IMG/VR virus record: IMGVR_UViG_3300002307_000001
Coordinates: 32,001-96,000 of that record
Direction: 5' to 3' (one strand)
Origin: a virus
DNA length: 64,000 nt
Position numbers and translations under genes: made by a program. The notes beneath the pieces were generated by a model. That model saw nothing but the letters and a program-made list of their open reading frames with translations, made no database searches and was not told the origin of the DNA. Every line of letters starts with the position of its first letter. The stretch's first letter is position 1. Positions 11,101 to 21,396 of this stretch are shown one piece after another.

Positions 11101-14100
11101 AATTTTTGCAGCAAGGGATCTGTTATTAAGTACACCATTGTTTAATTCTTCCCCACCTTCAGCAATAAATTCTTTTGTTGTTGTAGGCATTCCCAACTTT
11201 TTAAATGCAACAATAATTATACTTTTATCTGCATCTAAAATATCTGATATTACACCCTCTGTTGTTAACTTATATTCTTTTATTGCATTTTTTACAGCTT
11301 TATTATTTTCAGATTGCCAGGTTATATACTCGTCAAACTTCTCATCATCTGTTTTTGCTGTACCATAGGCAACTCTTCCATATATAGGGTTACCGTTTTT
11401 ACTGTCTATTTGTTTTAAATATGTATCTGCAATACACAAATACATCTTATCAATATCAAAGTCAGCACCAGATATCTCAACAAGCTCATGTGGGAATATA
11501 CCAACTGAACCATATTGCACCGGTAATGTATCTACTTTTCTTAAAGAGATATAAGAGTGCTTATCATCTGATGGAATACGAATACCAAATGCATCTCTCA
11601 TAGATTTTTGTACACTGTTCATTTCTTCTTTGTAATGAGCAGGTGCCATATACTCAGAAAACCTTCCTACAATCTTACCATCTTTATCATAAATAGGTAC
11701 ATTATGTCTTAAGGAGTCAAGATAGATATCACCTTCCTTAAGCCCAACAAATGCTCTTGCTGTAATATCATCCCATCTTTTAGCATCTTTATATCTGCGG
11801 AAATTTTTCAAGTATTCTGATCTAGGAATAACTTCCCACTCTTTTGGTTGTCCATTCTCATCAAGACTAATTACTTTTTTGATACAGTCGCCCATACCAA
11901 GTGAACCAGATACAAGTGCAAGAGTATGTCCTGGTACTTTTTCTGCAACACTACCTTTAGAGAAATAGTTTAAGAAGATGCTGGTAAACTTTTCAAGAGT
12001 TGATGGAAAGTTAAGGTTGTATACAGGTTTACCATCTTTTGTTTCAAGAAAGTTAAGTGTTTGCTGATCAGCACCCGTAGCCCTAAGTGTTTCTTTCATA
12101 GTATCAAAGAAAGCACCCATTTTTGCTGTAAACTCTTTTCCTTTAATGCTTTCATCTAATTCAATTAAAGCATCCTTAAGAGTAAATATTGTGTTTGCAG
12201 TAGCTTTATAATTATTCTTTACACGTTGTGCATTATCGGTCATATAAGCAGCTCTCACCTTACCTATAGTAGTCTCTACTCCCATAAAAGTAACAGCAGT
12301 ACTAGGATCTTGCTCAGACATGATCTGTTGCTTTGCTTGAGAAGGATCTGTTATTGTAAGCTTGTTAGAAGGATTCTCAAGCTGTTGTCTCATAAACCTA
12401 CTTTCCAGTGGGTTAAAATGACTGTCATCTATATCTGAAATACTATTAGCAATATTTTGCTTTAAGCCTTTTGAAACAGACTCTGGGTGAGCAAATACTA
12501 CTGTACTATTTTTATCTTCATAATCCTCCATTTTGTTTAAAAGAGCATGTGCTGCTTCTTTACCTACTTGAGGTTGCCATTCATTACCATCCCATACAGA
12601 AACAGCTTCTCTAAAAAGAGGGATCATTGAACATTTTAGATATGTTGAACCATTATAGTATACAAGCTTTAATGAGTTAAACGCACCTTTATCTTTAAGT
12701 CCACCTGCTCCAAAAAACTCTTCTTCAGTAACAGGTACTCCTTCTTGTAATTTGGTAATAATATCAGCTTGTATTTTAGTTAATTTACCAAAACCAAATA
12801 ATGCATATCTTAAACCCTTTGCTGTACCATACATCTGACCATCATCCCCTTGTATCTCATTACCAGATACAGAAGATCTTACAACACCTTCGTTATCTGA
12901 ATATGTTATATGGTGTATAGTTTTTAAATCATGTTCAATCCCCAATTCCTTAGACACAAATGATGTTGACATAGATGGACCTTGTGCATTTGCACCGGCC
13001 ATTCTTTTAACCTGGTCAATAGGATCTTTAAATGACTTTGCCTCATTGCCTAATATCAACTGATTAATAGCTACTGTATTAATATAATCATTGACAAGTA
13101 TTTGAGTTAAATTAAACATTGGATCATTGTTTTCAATGTTCATTTTATCATTCAGCTCTTGTTTACCATACCCTTCAAAGATAAAATTAGGAGCAAGAAT
13201 ATTACTTATTTTTACAATTTTACCAGCTTCTTTTTTAAGATTGATTAAACCTTCCAATGCCATTTGACTGGCAAGAACATCTGCTTGAGACAACCAATAG
13301 TCATTTAACTGTTTCTTTATTTTGACTTCATCAAGTTCTGCATCAATGTTATTTTCAATCTCTTCTGCAAGTGATCCTAATGAAACTCTTGCATTAAAAA
13401 ATTTAAGACCTCTTGGTGCAATTTTCCAGGTACCATCTTCATTCTTTTTACCGGTATGATAACCTTTTATAGTTTTACCTGTATACGTACCATTATCAAT
13501 TTCTTCAATTTCTTTTTTAGCTTGTTTAATGTTATTAAACTCATTTTCTATAAAACTATATAATTTATCTAATGCTTCTGTACTTAAAGAAACAGCACCT
13601 TTTGTTTTTGTAACAGATGGTATTACAGCCATTCTTATAGAATGTGCACTATTTTTAGCTTCAATCGTTCTTGTCATTACCGGTACAACATACCATGATT
13701 GTGTATTGTTGTCATTACGAACAAGAGCATCTGGTTGCAATCTTACATCATAGAGCCCAAGAAGAGTTGCCAAGAACTCTCGTTTATTAAAGTCACCATA
13801 AGTTATACCTGGTTGCCTATTAACCTCAAGACCTTTGCTTACAAATGACTCTCCTGTTTCATCATTAGTACTTTCAAATACTTTACGAAGGCCATCTATT
13901 TGCTCTACAGAAATTTTATTCCTATTTGCTACAGTTACAAACCTTGGATCAGATAAAAGGAAATTTGCAAACTCAGGATTTTCCATAAGAGTTTGTCTTA
14001 CATTTTTATCATTAAGTTCTCTTACTTTAACAAAATCAAAGTTTGGTAACTGGTGAGCATATACTGTTTCATTGTTAGCATTGGTAAATGATATAGTATT

Positions 14101-17100
14101 AATACTTTCATCAAACAAAGCATTTGAAGCAGCTATCTTCATTAGGAATTGATGTGGCTTACTTGTATTAACCTTTTCACCTTCTTCAGTATCAGCATCT
14201 TTTGCAAAAATGTCAATATTACCAAGTGGTGTTTCAAGATTTGCAACCAGTGCAGATGTAGCAATTGGTTCTACGTTACTGTAAAGGTCATAGAATTTTT
14301 GTTGTTCTACTGTTCTTGCTTCTTCTTTCTTAGATGCAATAATAGAAAACTTAATAAACATCTGATGCAGTGCAATACCGGTTTCTTTTTCAAGAGATAT
14401 TGACATTGATTCAGAAAAATCATCAAGATCAGAATCTGATATCTTGCTTTCATTGTTAGCCATTTTATTAACTAACCTTGTTACTCCAAACTTTTTTACA
14501 TTCTTTAAAGAATCATATTGAGCCTTCCAATTAGAAAACTGAACTCTTGCTACATCTTTTGTGTTTGCATAAGATGTCTGAAACTGGTGGTTTTGATTTA
14601 TTTGTGTAAACAGATACTGTGTACTATACTGGTTAAAACCTTTAAGTACTTGCTGTAACAACAGAGTATTTTTTGTAGCAGTTTTGGTATCCTTGTCAAA
14701 ACCTGTATCTTCAAACAAACGGTTAATAAACTTTACAGTTTCAGGATTACCTTTATGCTTTGTATACTCTATTAGTTTGTCAATTAATTTATCCTCATCT
14801 GCAACATTAGACAGAATAGCCAATAAACCATTATACACCTTATTAGCACTTACTGTATTGTATAAAGGTGTACCATCTATTAAAGATACATTACCAAACT
14901 CATCTTTATCAAGTTGGTAAGTAGTAGAACCTATATACTCTCTAAGATACTTTGATAGAGAACCATAATCAGATAAAGGAGACTTTGATTTTTTATGAGC
15001 ATCTTCTGTATTTCTTGGGCCTACCTCATCTTCAAGAGATGCAACTACTTCATCTTCAAGATTTTGTTTATACCCCATTATTTGAAGGTGTAGATCAACT
15101 GCATCCATCAAACTTTTTCTTGAGCTATCTTCAGTAAACACTGTTTCAAGATCAATTAGTTTACGCATCCACTCTGCTCTTTTTAAAACATCTGTAATTG
15201 CATTAGCTCTACTTTTATAAATAGGCCTGGTTGTATCATAGGTATCCTTGTATATATTAAGAACCTTTTCCAGCAATTCCTTTTTGTTATGTACAGGTTC
15301 AAGCATTGCCATTTTATGATATAATGCAGCAATGTTTGTAGATAATTGATCTCCTGTAGTTTGATCAAGATATCTGTTTACTTCACGAATACCATTTTCT
15401 GTTTCAATTTCAAATCCTTCTTCTAATAATATAAGCTTTAGAGCAGGGTCAGAAACACCTTCCTGTATCTGGTCAGTAAATGAATTTACCTGTAATCCAG
15501 CTTTTTTATATTTACCTCTTTCCAGTTCATAGAACATTGCTTGCAGTTTATTGCCTGTTATTTTTGCAAATAACTCTTTAATAAAATCTGCTAGTTTTTG
15601 GAAAAAAGATTTGATACTACCTTTAGCAGGAGTACTTCTATTCATTTTCCATGCATCAAATTTATCAGCAAGGTACTCTTCATAAAACCTTTCTTCAAGT
15701 TCCTTTTCAGATAAGTTTTTATAAATAGGATCTGAGTTCCTAAGTTCTCTAAGCTTTTTATCAGTTGCTATATTTTCTTTTTTAGCTTGTGCAAGAAGGT
15801 CATTTATCTTATCCTGAGGTAACAATAAACGAAACACACCATGAAAAGCTTCATGATACTTAAATGGAGAACCATCTCTAACTTGTATAGAACCTTTAAT
15901 GTTTTTTAGTTCATCAAGGAAACCAATAAATTGACCGGCAGTTACGTAGTTATTGTTTAAAGCATCTTCAAGTCGTGATAATTCATCTACTGAAAATATT
16001 CCTTCTGGTAGATTTTTCTTTACCCATGCTACAAACTTTTGTATAGATTCTACAGATTTCTCATCAAAGATCTCTCCTTTAGGTACAACTTTTTTACTTT
16101 TTGTACCTTTTTTACGAGAAGCTTTCATTGCTTCAAAATCAGAATTTTCTGCAGCTTTTACATCATTTTCTTTTTTGGCTTTTTTTGTTTTAGCTACCGG
16201 TATAATTTCTTCTACAGGTGTGGCTACAACATTCTCTGCTATACCTGGTGCACTTTCTTGTGGTAATGTACTTGCAGATACTTCTTTAGGTAAACCATAT
16301 CGTAGAGATATTCTTTTTGCAACATTAGGGTATACAGAAGCTGTCATACCAAGAATAGCTTTTCTTTTCTCTTCAATTGATGTAGAGAAAGGAACCTGAT
16401 GCCTAAAGTTTTCTTTTGTTACCGTAATACCGGGAAACAAAACATCTTTTGCATTCTTTTTTTTCTTGGAAATTTCTTTTTGTATAGTTGCAGCTAATTC
16501 TTCAGGACTATTAAATTTTGCAGTATTTAATGAAAGCTGAGGAGATCCTTTTTTATTAGTAGATAAAAATATTGTATTTTCTTTTGGGTTATAGTTTAAT
16601 CTAAGATCCCATTTTTGAAGTTCATTTTTTCCAATTTTACTACCTTCTGTCCATACATGTACAGGAAGAGCAATAAAGATTCCTTTCAGTAATGTTGATA
16701 TTTCTTGGTTGTCTTCTTCTGTTCTTTTTTTATCCTCTTTACTTGATAACTCTTTAATTCTATCAAGAGTTTCTTGCATTTGACTTTCATTGTATACAGT
16801 AGGGGTAACCTGTATCCATTTTATTTGACCAGCAACCTCAATAGCAACTGAATACATGCCATTATTATCCTTTAATGGTATATCACCTGCACTTTTTATA
16901 ATAGTAGTATCTAGGTCACTCATTTCACCTAATACCATTGGTGCATACTCAGATGAACTTACTGTAGTAAACTCACCTGTTGCTTTTAATTGATCTGTAA
17001 TTTCTTTGTACCTGGCATTGTTTACAACAATCATTCTCTTCTCACCTGACTCACTTACCGGTATGTTAGTGTTAGCTTCAATGTCTTCAAGAAGAGGAGC

Positions 17101-20100
17101 TGCCCTAGGATCTTCTGCATTTACAAAATCAAGTGTAATAACAGGACGTATAGATACTAACTCCTGAAGTTCTGTTCCTGAGAAAGTATTTTTACCTTCA
17201 GCAAGTTGTTTTTCAATAGCAAGTTGAATAGTTGTTGCTGTTTTAAAATCTTCTTGAAACTCTGTAAAAGCTTGTAAAAGTAATTTACCTTCAGGAATTT
17301 TTATCAACTTTTCAAACTGATCAATAGATAAATCAAGTGGTGACAATTCTTCACCATCTATTTTAAATACATAATAATCAGCATTGGTTAGGTAACCTAT
17401 AGGTTCATCATTGTAACGAAGTTGTATTGAATAAGTTTGGGGTTTTGTAAATACAACAAGATTACCTGCTATAGGTTGCTTTAACTCACCTTTAGGGCGT
17501 GTAGTAACAACCATTGATAACCCTTCATCTAAATCACTTTGAGATAACGGTGCCAATGTATTAGCAAGTCTCTTCTCTGCTTGTTCTTTAGTGTCAACGT
17601 AACCACCTTTAATGTTCTCCAACCTATGAGCACCAATACTAATCTGAGAGTCAAGGATCTCCATTTTAGGAAGATTCTCAAGAGATGTTTTAGTAACAAC
17701 TACTTCAGGTTTTTCTTCTGTAGTACCTGTTTCTCCTTTACCTATTGTAGTATTATAAGCATCTAACAGCTCACGGATATATCCTTCTTCTACTGGTTCA
17801 TCGAACTTATCATCCAGATACCATTTACCACCTTTCTTTGTTGCACCTATTGCTTTTTCTTCTTCAGGTGTAAGCACAAGTTCACTAATAGTTGTACTAC
17901 CAGTAGGTTTAACATCAAGATCAGAAATTAGTTTTGTATACTTTGCATTAATTTCTTTTTCATTCTTTTCCCTGAGAGCAAGGTCTGCATCAGACAAAGG
18001 TTTTTGGGGAGTATGTGGATACTTCTTTCTGTTTTCATCAAGTTGTTTAGCCCACTCAGCCTGTAACTTTTTCTTTTCAGCAGTTTTTGCAATAGCTTTT
18101 TCTTTCTCAAGCCTTTTAGCTTTGTCTTCTTCACTTTCTGGTTTTTCTGCAGCAAAGGGTTCTTTTATAATTGCAATTACTTCCGGTTCAGCTATCTTTC
18201 CTTTTTTACTATTGTCATAAACTATTTCTAGTTTATTCATCAACTCATCATTTTGGTCAAACCATTCTTTTGTTTCTGCCGATAATACTCTTTTAGGGTT
18301 AGGACCATAACTACCAGGAGCAACTGCAATGTATGCAGGTTCACCATAATAGGTAATAATCTCTTCTTTTATTTTAGCCGGCAATACAGACTCAGGTATT
18401 CTATCATCTGTTTTAGTTTCTTCCGGTTCTTCTATATCCATATCTTCTACAGATATATCAGTAACAGCAGATACTCTTTCTTTAACTTCATTGAAATGGT
18501 CAAGATGAATTGTTGCTTTTGCTTTCCTCATGGCCTCTTTTATTCTATTATACAAAAGATTAAAACCTCTTGGATCAGAAAGTACATTTAATGCAGAAAC
18601 ATATTCACCATGATCTCTATTAAGTTTAATATAATCCATAAGAAGATTAAATGATTTTGTCATTTCTCTTCTATCTGGAACATTTGTCACTTTTTCAAAT
18701 TCATTATTTACAGCAGTTAAATAGCCTGTATGAGCATTGATCATGTTTTGCATAACAGTATGCATACCAGGATTGCTAAGAGGTAACTGTTGTTTATTTT
18801 CAGGTTTATTGTTTTCACTTTTATAGTGTTCTAACCTTTCATAGTTATTAATCCAATCAACAACATGTTTTAATTGTTCTTTTGTATTTACTATTTTTTT
18901 GTCAATATCTTTATCACCTGCAAGACCTTTATAGGTTTCTAATTGTTCTATTAATCTACCTTTTTCATTATGTGCATTTGCTATATTACCGAGTACCTCA
19001 AAAGCTTTATTTGCAGATGATCCTATAGATGGTAAAGAAGATGCTTCAGATCTAATTTCGGTAGCTCTTTTTATTGTGTTTGTAGCATGATAAGAAGTAG
19101 TAGCAAGAAGTTCTATTGCATCATCTAATGACTTTTTAGCCATTTTTGTTTTGGCATATTCTTCGGGACTATGGGCATAAAGTTCTGGTTGAACCAAATG
19201 CCCAAATTCATCCATTAAACTTTGGTGATTATCATAGTAGTTTTCTATTTCACTTACAATCTTTTGTGTATATCCTTTTGCAGATGTTTTGTTTTCAGTG
19301 CTACTTTTTAAACCAAATGCTTCTTCAAATTGATCATCTGTAAGACGATCCCCAAATTCAGTTATACTTTCTATAAAAGATTTATAGTTACCGGTTTTAA
19401 TAGCAACTGCTACTGCTTTAGTAAATGCATCATCTTTTGCATTATTGAACTCATACTTGTCACCATCTACTAAAGATGACATCATATTCTGATCTGCTTT
19501 ACCTTGTACTTTTATACCGGCAATATGTTCAGAAAGTGCTTTTTTAGGATCATTGTACCAAGTATTAAGAGTTTGTTTAGCGTCATTTAACATTGCCTTA
19601 TGTGCATCAACTTCTCCTTTGTATCTTTCGTTAATACCGGCATTTGCTTTCTTAAAACCCCCCATTATACCTGATTGCATAGGACTAATCAGTAGACCGG
19701 TTGCTGCACCCATAAGAAATGTTTGCCAACCTTCCATACTCCATTGCCCCTGTAAACTTTTCCAACCATTTTCACCTATAGCAGAAAAGAAATTACTACC
19801 ATTTATATCTTTATTACCATGATAAAGATTTTTGTAGTAATCGGTAAAAGTATTATCAGATGCATTTTGCAATATTTCTTGTATACCCTCACTTATTTCT
19901 ATCTTGCCCGATCTTTTACCTACTTGCCATAGTGCGGTACCTAATCCAAAATCTTTTCTTATAGTATTAAAATTAGAAATTGCACCAAACATTCCTTTTG
20001 TGTAAGCTTGTGTAGCTTTTTGTCCTTCTTTAAGAGCACCATCTGTAATTTCTCTCCTTAGTTTACCGGTAATAGAAAACAATTCACCTTCACCTGTTTC

Positions 20101-21381
20101 AAGAGCTTCTCTCATAAGGCGAGAAGATGAACCAAATTTACTCATGATGTTACCAAATTCTAATTGGTTCATGGTCATCAACAATGCAGTATTGGCACCA
20201 AAGTTATCAGTAGATGCAGCATATGATAACTTTTGTATTCTTCTAAGATCTTTACCTACAGGCATTTCACCATTATGCTTTTCTTGCCACTCATTAATGA
20301 GATCTCCATACATCTGACCATAAGTATTCGCAGCCTCAAAACGAGCTTCAGTAGCAGCAGAATTTAAAGCTGCTGCCATTCTTGTTACACCGCCCACACC
20401 CAATGCTGTTAATTGATAAGTAGATGCACCTGCTTCATATGCATTTGTCATCTTCTTTATACCGGTAACATCTTTAAATTGATTTGTACTCCATTCTGCA
20501 GCTTGTTTACTATAATCCCATAAATTTTTAGAAAAACTTTTCATTGCAGTAGGATCTCCTGCTTTTCTTCCTGCATTAATAATTTCACTAGTTGATGCAA
20601 CTTGTTTAGCTCTTTCTCCTTGTGATATAGTATTTTTTATATCCTCTGCTCCTGCAATACCTTTAGCTAACCATCCTGAACTTTTTGCAACAGCTCCCAA
20701 TCCTTCTCCTACTCCCCATGTAAGAAGCATCTCAGAAAGAAATTGTGCACCTGCACCTATAGAAAATCCGGATTGTTGTACCATATCTCCTAAAAACTCC
20801 CGGTTAAAAACACCAAAGTTTGTATCATGGATAGGACTTTTAAAGATTGCATATTTATTAAAAATAGCTTTCTGCTCTTCATCTTTTTGCATCAATTCTT
20901 CAGGTGAACCCTCAAGTCTTTGCATAAAGGTTTGATCACTTCCCCAATTAAATAGTGCACTGCCCATATTACCCCAACCTTTCCAACCTTCTACAAAGGT
21001 ATTTTTAGCCAGCCCCCATGCACCACCTACAGCATTGCTCATTACATCTCCCCAAGTTTGCATACCTGCATACTTAAGTTCATTGGCATCATATGTTTTA
21101 CCACCAATAACTTCAGGAGTTGCATAAGGATTAAATCCCTCTGTACCAAAATGACTACTTTGTGTAAATCTATCTGCTTGTGTTTTATCCCAGTCAAATG
21201 TAGAAGGTGTCATCTTTGTTTCCAAAGAAGGTGCTTGAAGATAATCACTAAAATTACTACTTGTTACATCTTCGCTGTTTTGGGTACTTACAACAGGCTC
21301 AAATGTATTTGGTGTACTAGGAATATTATTTACACTTGACTCATTAGAAGACAAAGGAAGAAAATCTGAAATGCTTGACAT
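8170..21381 (-). CDS. Giant virion-encapsidated DNA-dependent RNA polymerase (phi14:2 gp66-like) with zincin domain
   Basis: Catalytic GADFDIDK (DFDID at 11449-11463) preceded by RIP. HEAFH at 15841-15855 with downstream EEYLAD. Gly/Ala-rich N-terminal helices. Crassvirales gene position. Confidence 0.9.
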   Translation of the reverse strand: MSSISDFLPLSSNESSVNNIPSTPNTFEPVVSTQNSEDVTSSNFSDYLQAPSLETKMTPSTFDWDKTQADRFTQSSHFGTEGFNPYATPEVIGGKTYDANELKYAGMQTWGDVMSNAVGGAWGLAKNTFVEGWKGWGNMGSALFNWGSDQTFMQRLEGSPEELMQKDEEQKAIFNKYAIFKSPIHDTNFGVFNREFLGDMVQQSGFSIGAGAQFLSEMLLTWGVGEGLGAVAKSSGWLAKGIAGAEDIKNTISQGERAKQVASTSEIINAGRKAGDPTAMKSFSKNLWDYSKQAAEWSTNQFKDVTGIKKMTNAYEAGASTYQLTALGVGGVTRMAAALNSAATEARFEAANTYGQMYGDLINEWQEKHNGEMPVGKDLRRIQKLSYAASTDNFGANTALLMTMNQLEFGNIMSKFGSSSRLMREALETGEGELFSITGKLRREITDGALKEGQKATQAYTKGMFGAISNFNTIRKDFGLGTALWQVGKRSGKIEISEGIQEILQNASDNTFTDYYKNLYHGNKDINGSNFFSAIGENGWKSLQGQWSMEGWQTFLMGAATGLLISPMQSGIMGGFKKANAGINERYKGEVDAHKAMLNDAKQTLNTWYNDPKKALSEHIAGIKVQGKADQNMMSSLVDGDKYEFNNAKDDAFTKAVAVAIKTGNYKSFIESITEFGDRLTDDQFEEAFGLKSSTENKTSAKGYTQKIVSEIENYYDNHQSLMDEFGHLVQPELYAHSPEEYAKTKMAKKSLDDAIELLATTSYHATNTIKRATEIRSEASSLPSIGSSANKAFEVLGNIANAHNEKGRLIEQLETYKGLAGDKDIDKKIVNTKEQLKHVVDWINNYERLEHYKSENNKPENKQQLPLSNPGMHTVMQNMINAHTGYLTAVNNEFEKVTNVPDRREMTKSFNLLMDYIKLNRDHGEYVSALNVLSDPRGFNLLYNRIKEAMRKAKATIHLDHFNEVKERVSAVTDISVEDMDIEEPEETKTDDRIPESVLPAKIKEEIITYYGEPAYIAVAPGSYGPNPKRVLSAETKEWFDQNDELMNKLEIVYDNSKKGKIAEPEVIAIIKEPFAAEKPESEEDKAKRLEKEKAIAKTAEKKKLQAEWAKQLDENRKKYPHTPQKPLSDADLALREKNEKEINAKYTKLISDLDVKPTGSTTISELVLTPEEEKAIGATKKGGKWYLDDKFDEPVEEGYIRELLDAYNTTIGKGETGTTEEKPEVVVTKTSLENLPKMEILDSQISIGAHRLENIKGGYVDTKEQAEKRLANTLAPLSQSDLDEGLSMVVTTRPKGELKQPIAGNLVVFTKPQTYSIQLRYNDEPIGYLTNADYYVFKIDGEELSPLDLSIDQFEKLIKIPEGKLLLQAFTEFQEDFKTATTIQLAIEKQLAEGKNTFSGTELQELVSIRPVITLDFVNAEDPRAAPLLEDIEANTNIPVSESGEKRMIVVNNARYKEITDQLKATGEFTTVSSSEYAPMVLGEMSDLDTTIIKSAGDIPLKDNNGMYSVAIEVAGQIKWIQVTPTVYNESQMQETLDRIKELSSKEDKKRTEEDNQEISTLLKGIFIALPVHVWTEGSKIGKNELQKWDLRLNYNPKENTIFLSTNKKGSPQLSLNTAKFNSPEELAATIQKEISKKKKNAKDVLFPGITVTKENFRHQVPFSTSIEEKRKAILGMTASVYPNVAKRISLRYGLPKEVSASTLPQESAPGIAENVVATPVEEIIPVAKTKKAKKENDVKAAENSDFEAMKASRKKGTKSKKVVPKGEIFDEKSVESIQKFVAWVKKNLPEGIFSVDELSRLEDALNNNYVTAGQFIGFLDELKNIKGSIQVRDGSPFKYHEAFHGVFRLLLPQDKINDLLAQAKKENIATDKKLRELRNSDPIYKNLSEKELEERFYEEYLADKFDAWKMNRSTPAKGSIKSFFQKLADFIKELFAKITGNKLQAMFYELERGKYKKAGLQVNSFTDQIQEGVSDPALKLILLEEGFEIETENGIREVNRYLDQTTGDQLSTNIAALYHKMAMLEPVHNKKELLEKVLNIYKDTYDTTRPIYKSRANAITDVLKRAEWMRKLIDLETVFTEDSSRKSLMDAVDLHLQIMGYKQNLEDEVVASLEDEVGPRNTEDAHKKSKSPLSDYGSLSKYLREYIGSTTYQLDKDEFGNVSLIDGTPLYNTVSANKVYNGLLAILSNVADEDKLIDKLIEYTKHKGNPETVKFINRLFEDTGFDKDTKTATKNTLLLQQVLKGFNQYSTQYLFTQINQNHQFQTSYANTKDVARVQFSNWKAQYDSLKNVKKFGVTRLVNKMANNESKISDSDLDDFSESMSISLEKETGIALHQMFIKFSIIASKKEEARTVEQQKFYDLYSNVEPIATSALVANLETPLGNIDIFAKDADTEEGEKVNTSKPHQFLMKIAASNALFDESINTISFTNANNETVYAHQLPNFDFVKVRELNDKNVRQTLMENPEFANFLLSDPRFVTVANRNKISVEQIDGLRKVFESTNDETGESFVSKGLEVNRQPGITYGDFNKREFLATLLGLYDVRLQPDALVRNDNNTQSWYVVPVMTRTIEAKNSAHSIRMAVIPSVTKTKGAVSLSTEALDKLYSFIENEFNNIKQAKKEIEEIDNGTYTGKTIKGYHTGKKNEDGTWKIAPRGLKFFNARVSLGSLAEEIENNIDAELDEVKIKKQLNDYWLSQADVLASQMALEGLINLKKEAGKIVKISNILAPNFIFEGYGKQELNDKMNIENNDPMFNLTQILVNDYINTVAINQLILGNEAKSFKDPIDQVKRMAGANAQGPSMSTSFVSKELGIEHDLKTIHHITYSDNEGVVRSSVSGNEIQGDDGQMYGTAKGLRYALFGFGKLTKIQADIITKLQEGVPVTEEEFFGAGGLKDKGAFNSLKLVYYNGSTYLKCSMIPLFREAVSVWDGNEWQPQVGKEAAHALLNKMEDYEDKNSTVVFAHPESVSKGLKQNIANSISDIDDSHFNPLESRFMRQQLENPSNKLTITDPSQAKQQIMSEQDPSTAVTFMGVETTIGKVRAAYMTDNAQRVKNNYKATANTIFTLKDALIELDESIKGKEFTAKMGAFFDTMKETLRATGADQQTLNFLETKDGKPVYNLNFPSTLEKFTSIFLNYFSKGSVAEKVPGHTLALVSGSLGMGDCIKKVISLDENGQPKEWEVIPRSEYLKNFRRYKDAKRWDDITARAFVGLKEGDIYLDSLRHNVPIYDKDGKIVGRFSEYMAPAHYKEEMNSVQKSMRDAFGIRIPSDDKHSYISLRKVDTLPVQYGSVGIFPHELVEISGADFDIDKMYLCIADTYLKQIDSKNGNPIYGRVAYGTAKTDDEKFDEYITWQSENNKAVKNAIKEYKLTTEGVISDILDADKSIIIVAFKKLGMPTTTKEFIAEGGEELNNGVLNNRSLAAKIAMQSNEEITKFNSTSTSTTPLLNLTEKLIKMFTAISEDENVAYDKKKGIVAILNVLKEAPTDVSSILGKAIAFDNNKQGSRNIGATANAIQVYSLNNQFKVDIEPKYRITIDGNTFGSFSHNKEWEAHEAEPVLYKSGKKKGEIKGYIIAGKEYSKKDFDENNIPKGAYTGTRIAANLGTLLNAMTDNAKERLAARLGLNITALGYVSNMVSTGVPLETAVLLVLQPAARRYFADIQKLEGSLKTKEEATSSKRKILAEKISTLDPKDDVNVGPDNFVTTQDLIDNIAQGGNKVTDAYVLKTIKLVETQSDTLASISKIQKLSQGLPSTWEDIDAMNTALNNLGIKLDGDRYVEMTAKELEEYKKENKVEIAVDVKDILLNQQKIIATNLKVLAQVQYLSKKVFIEKTPLFARLSEVVFGNMKKMSNIENSEFGKTLKHDIISFLSIKAYRHWLQKNDYPGTLSSLTNAMIYPELKSQKPVDFKDIIDTMQSLRDKLKGKNENYLVSRFLMLVSAENSKEGINTAEANTWARLSDAQQDRLVSSFISLYVNAYEDESGNEINTHDDAVAMFNYLLVKDGAQFKTGSFIRFIPTFMFEDIMGRTTEVNDFLAADKWDEEKAMSIFGVPSSNIMDEFMRSYATHIGNKFYIKNIIDKKNVATMDDIDLTELTDDERKKVLEHILTKQYTKPVDINPNEQPLIYIDMFRGIRDTVVPDMEGTYVNRKYGKKFTDFENALLTKNKNYVKSTGFKIVRKEIKGKEGKEHDVIEFPYSISINGQLYELFALGESMENAPTKVITRDVSVATGTSAQYRKTEWKGAPSTFKASAIDGPLPNSKIQVGKKTKTVIEEEGEVTDEYLAQIEAEQTAKQSTKTPEERLAEFGIVRIATSKGFVAVKGNKQYLLNADENTPAKIIARVQTEETKQAVSLQPIDWKSEIDKLSEGKSEGWVEKARNVYTRGITAKLSPETILDNIKNC

Positions 21382-21396
21382 TTAATTATGTTTATG

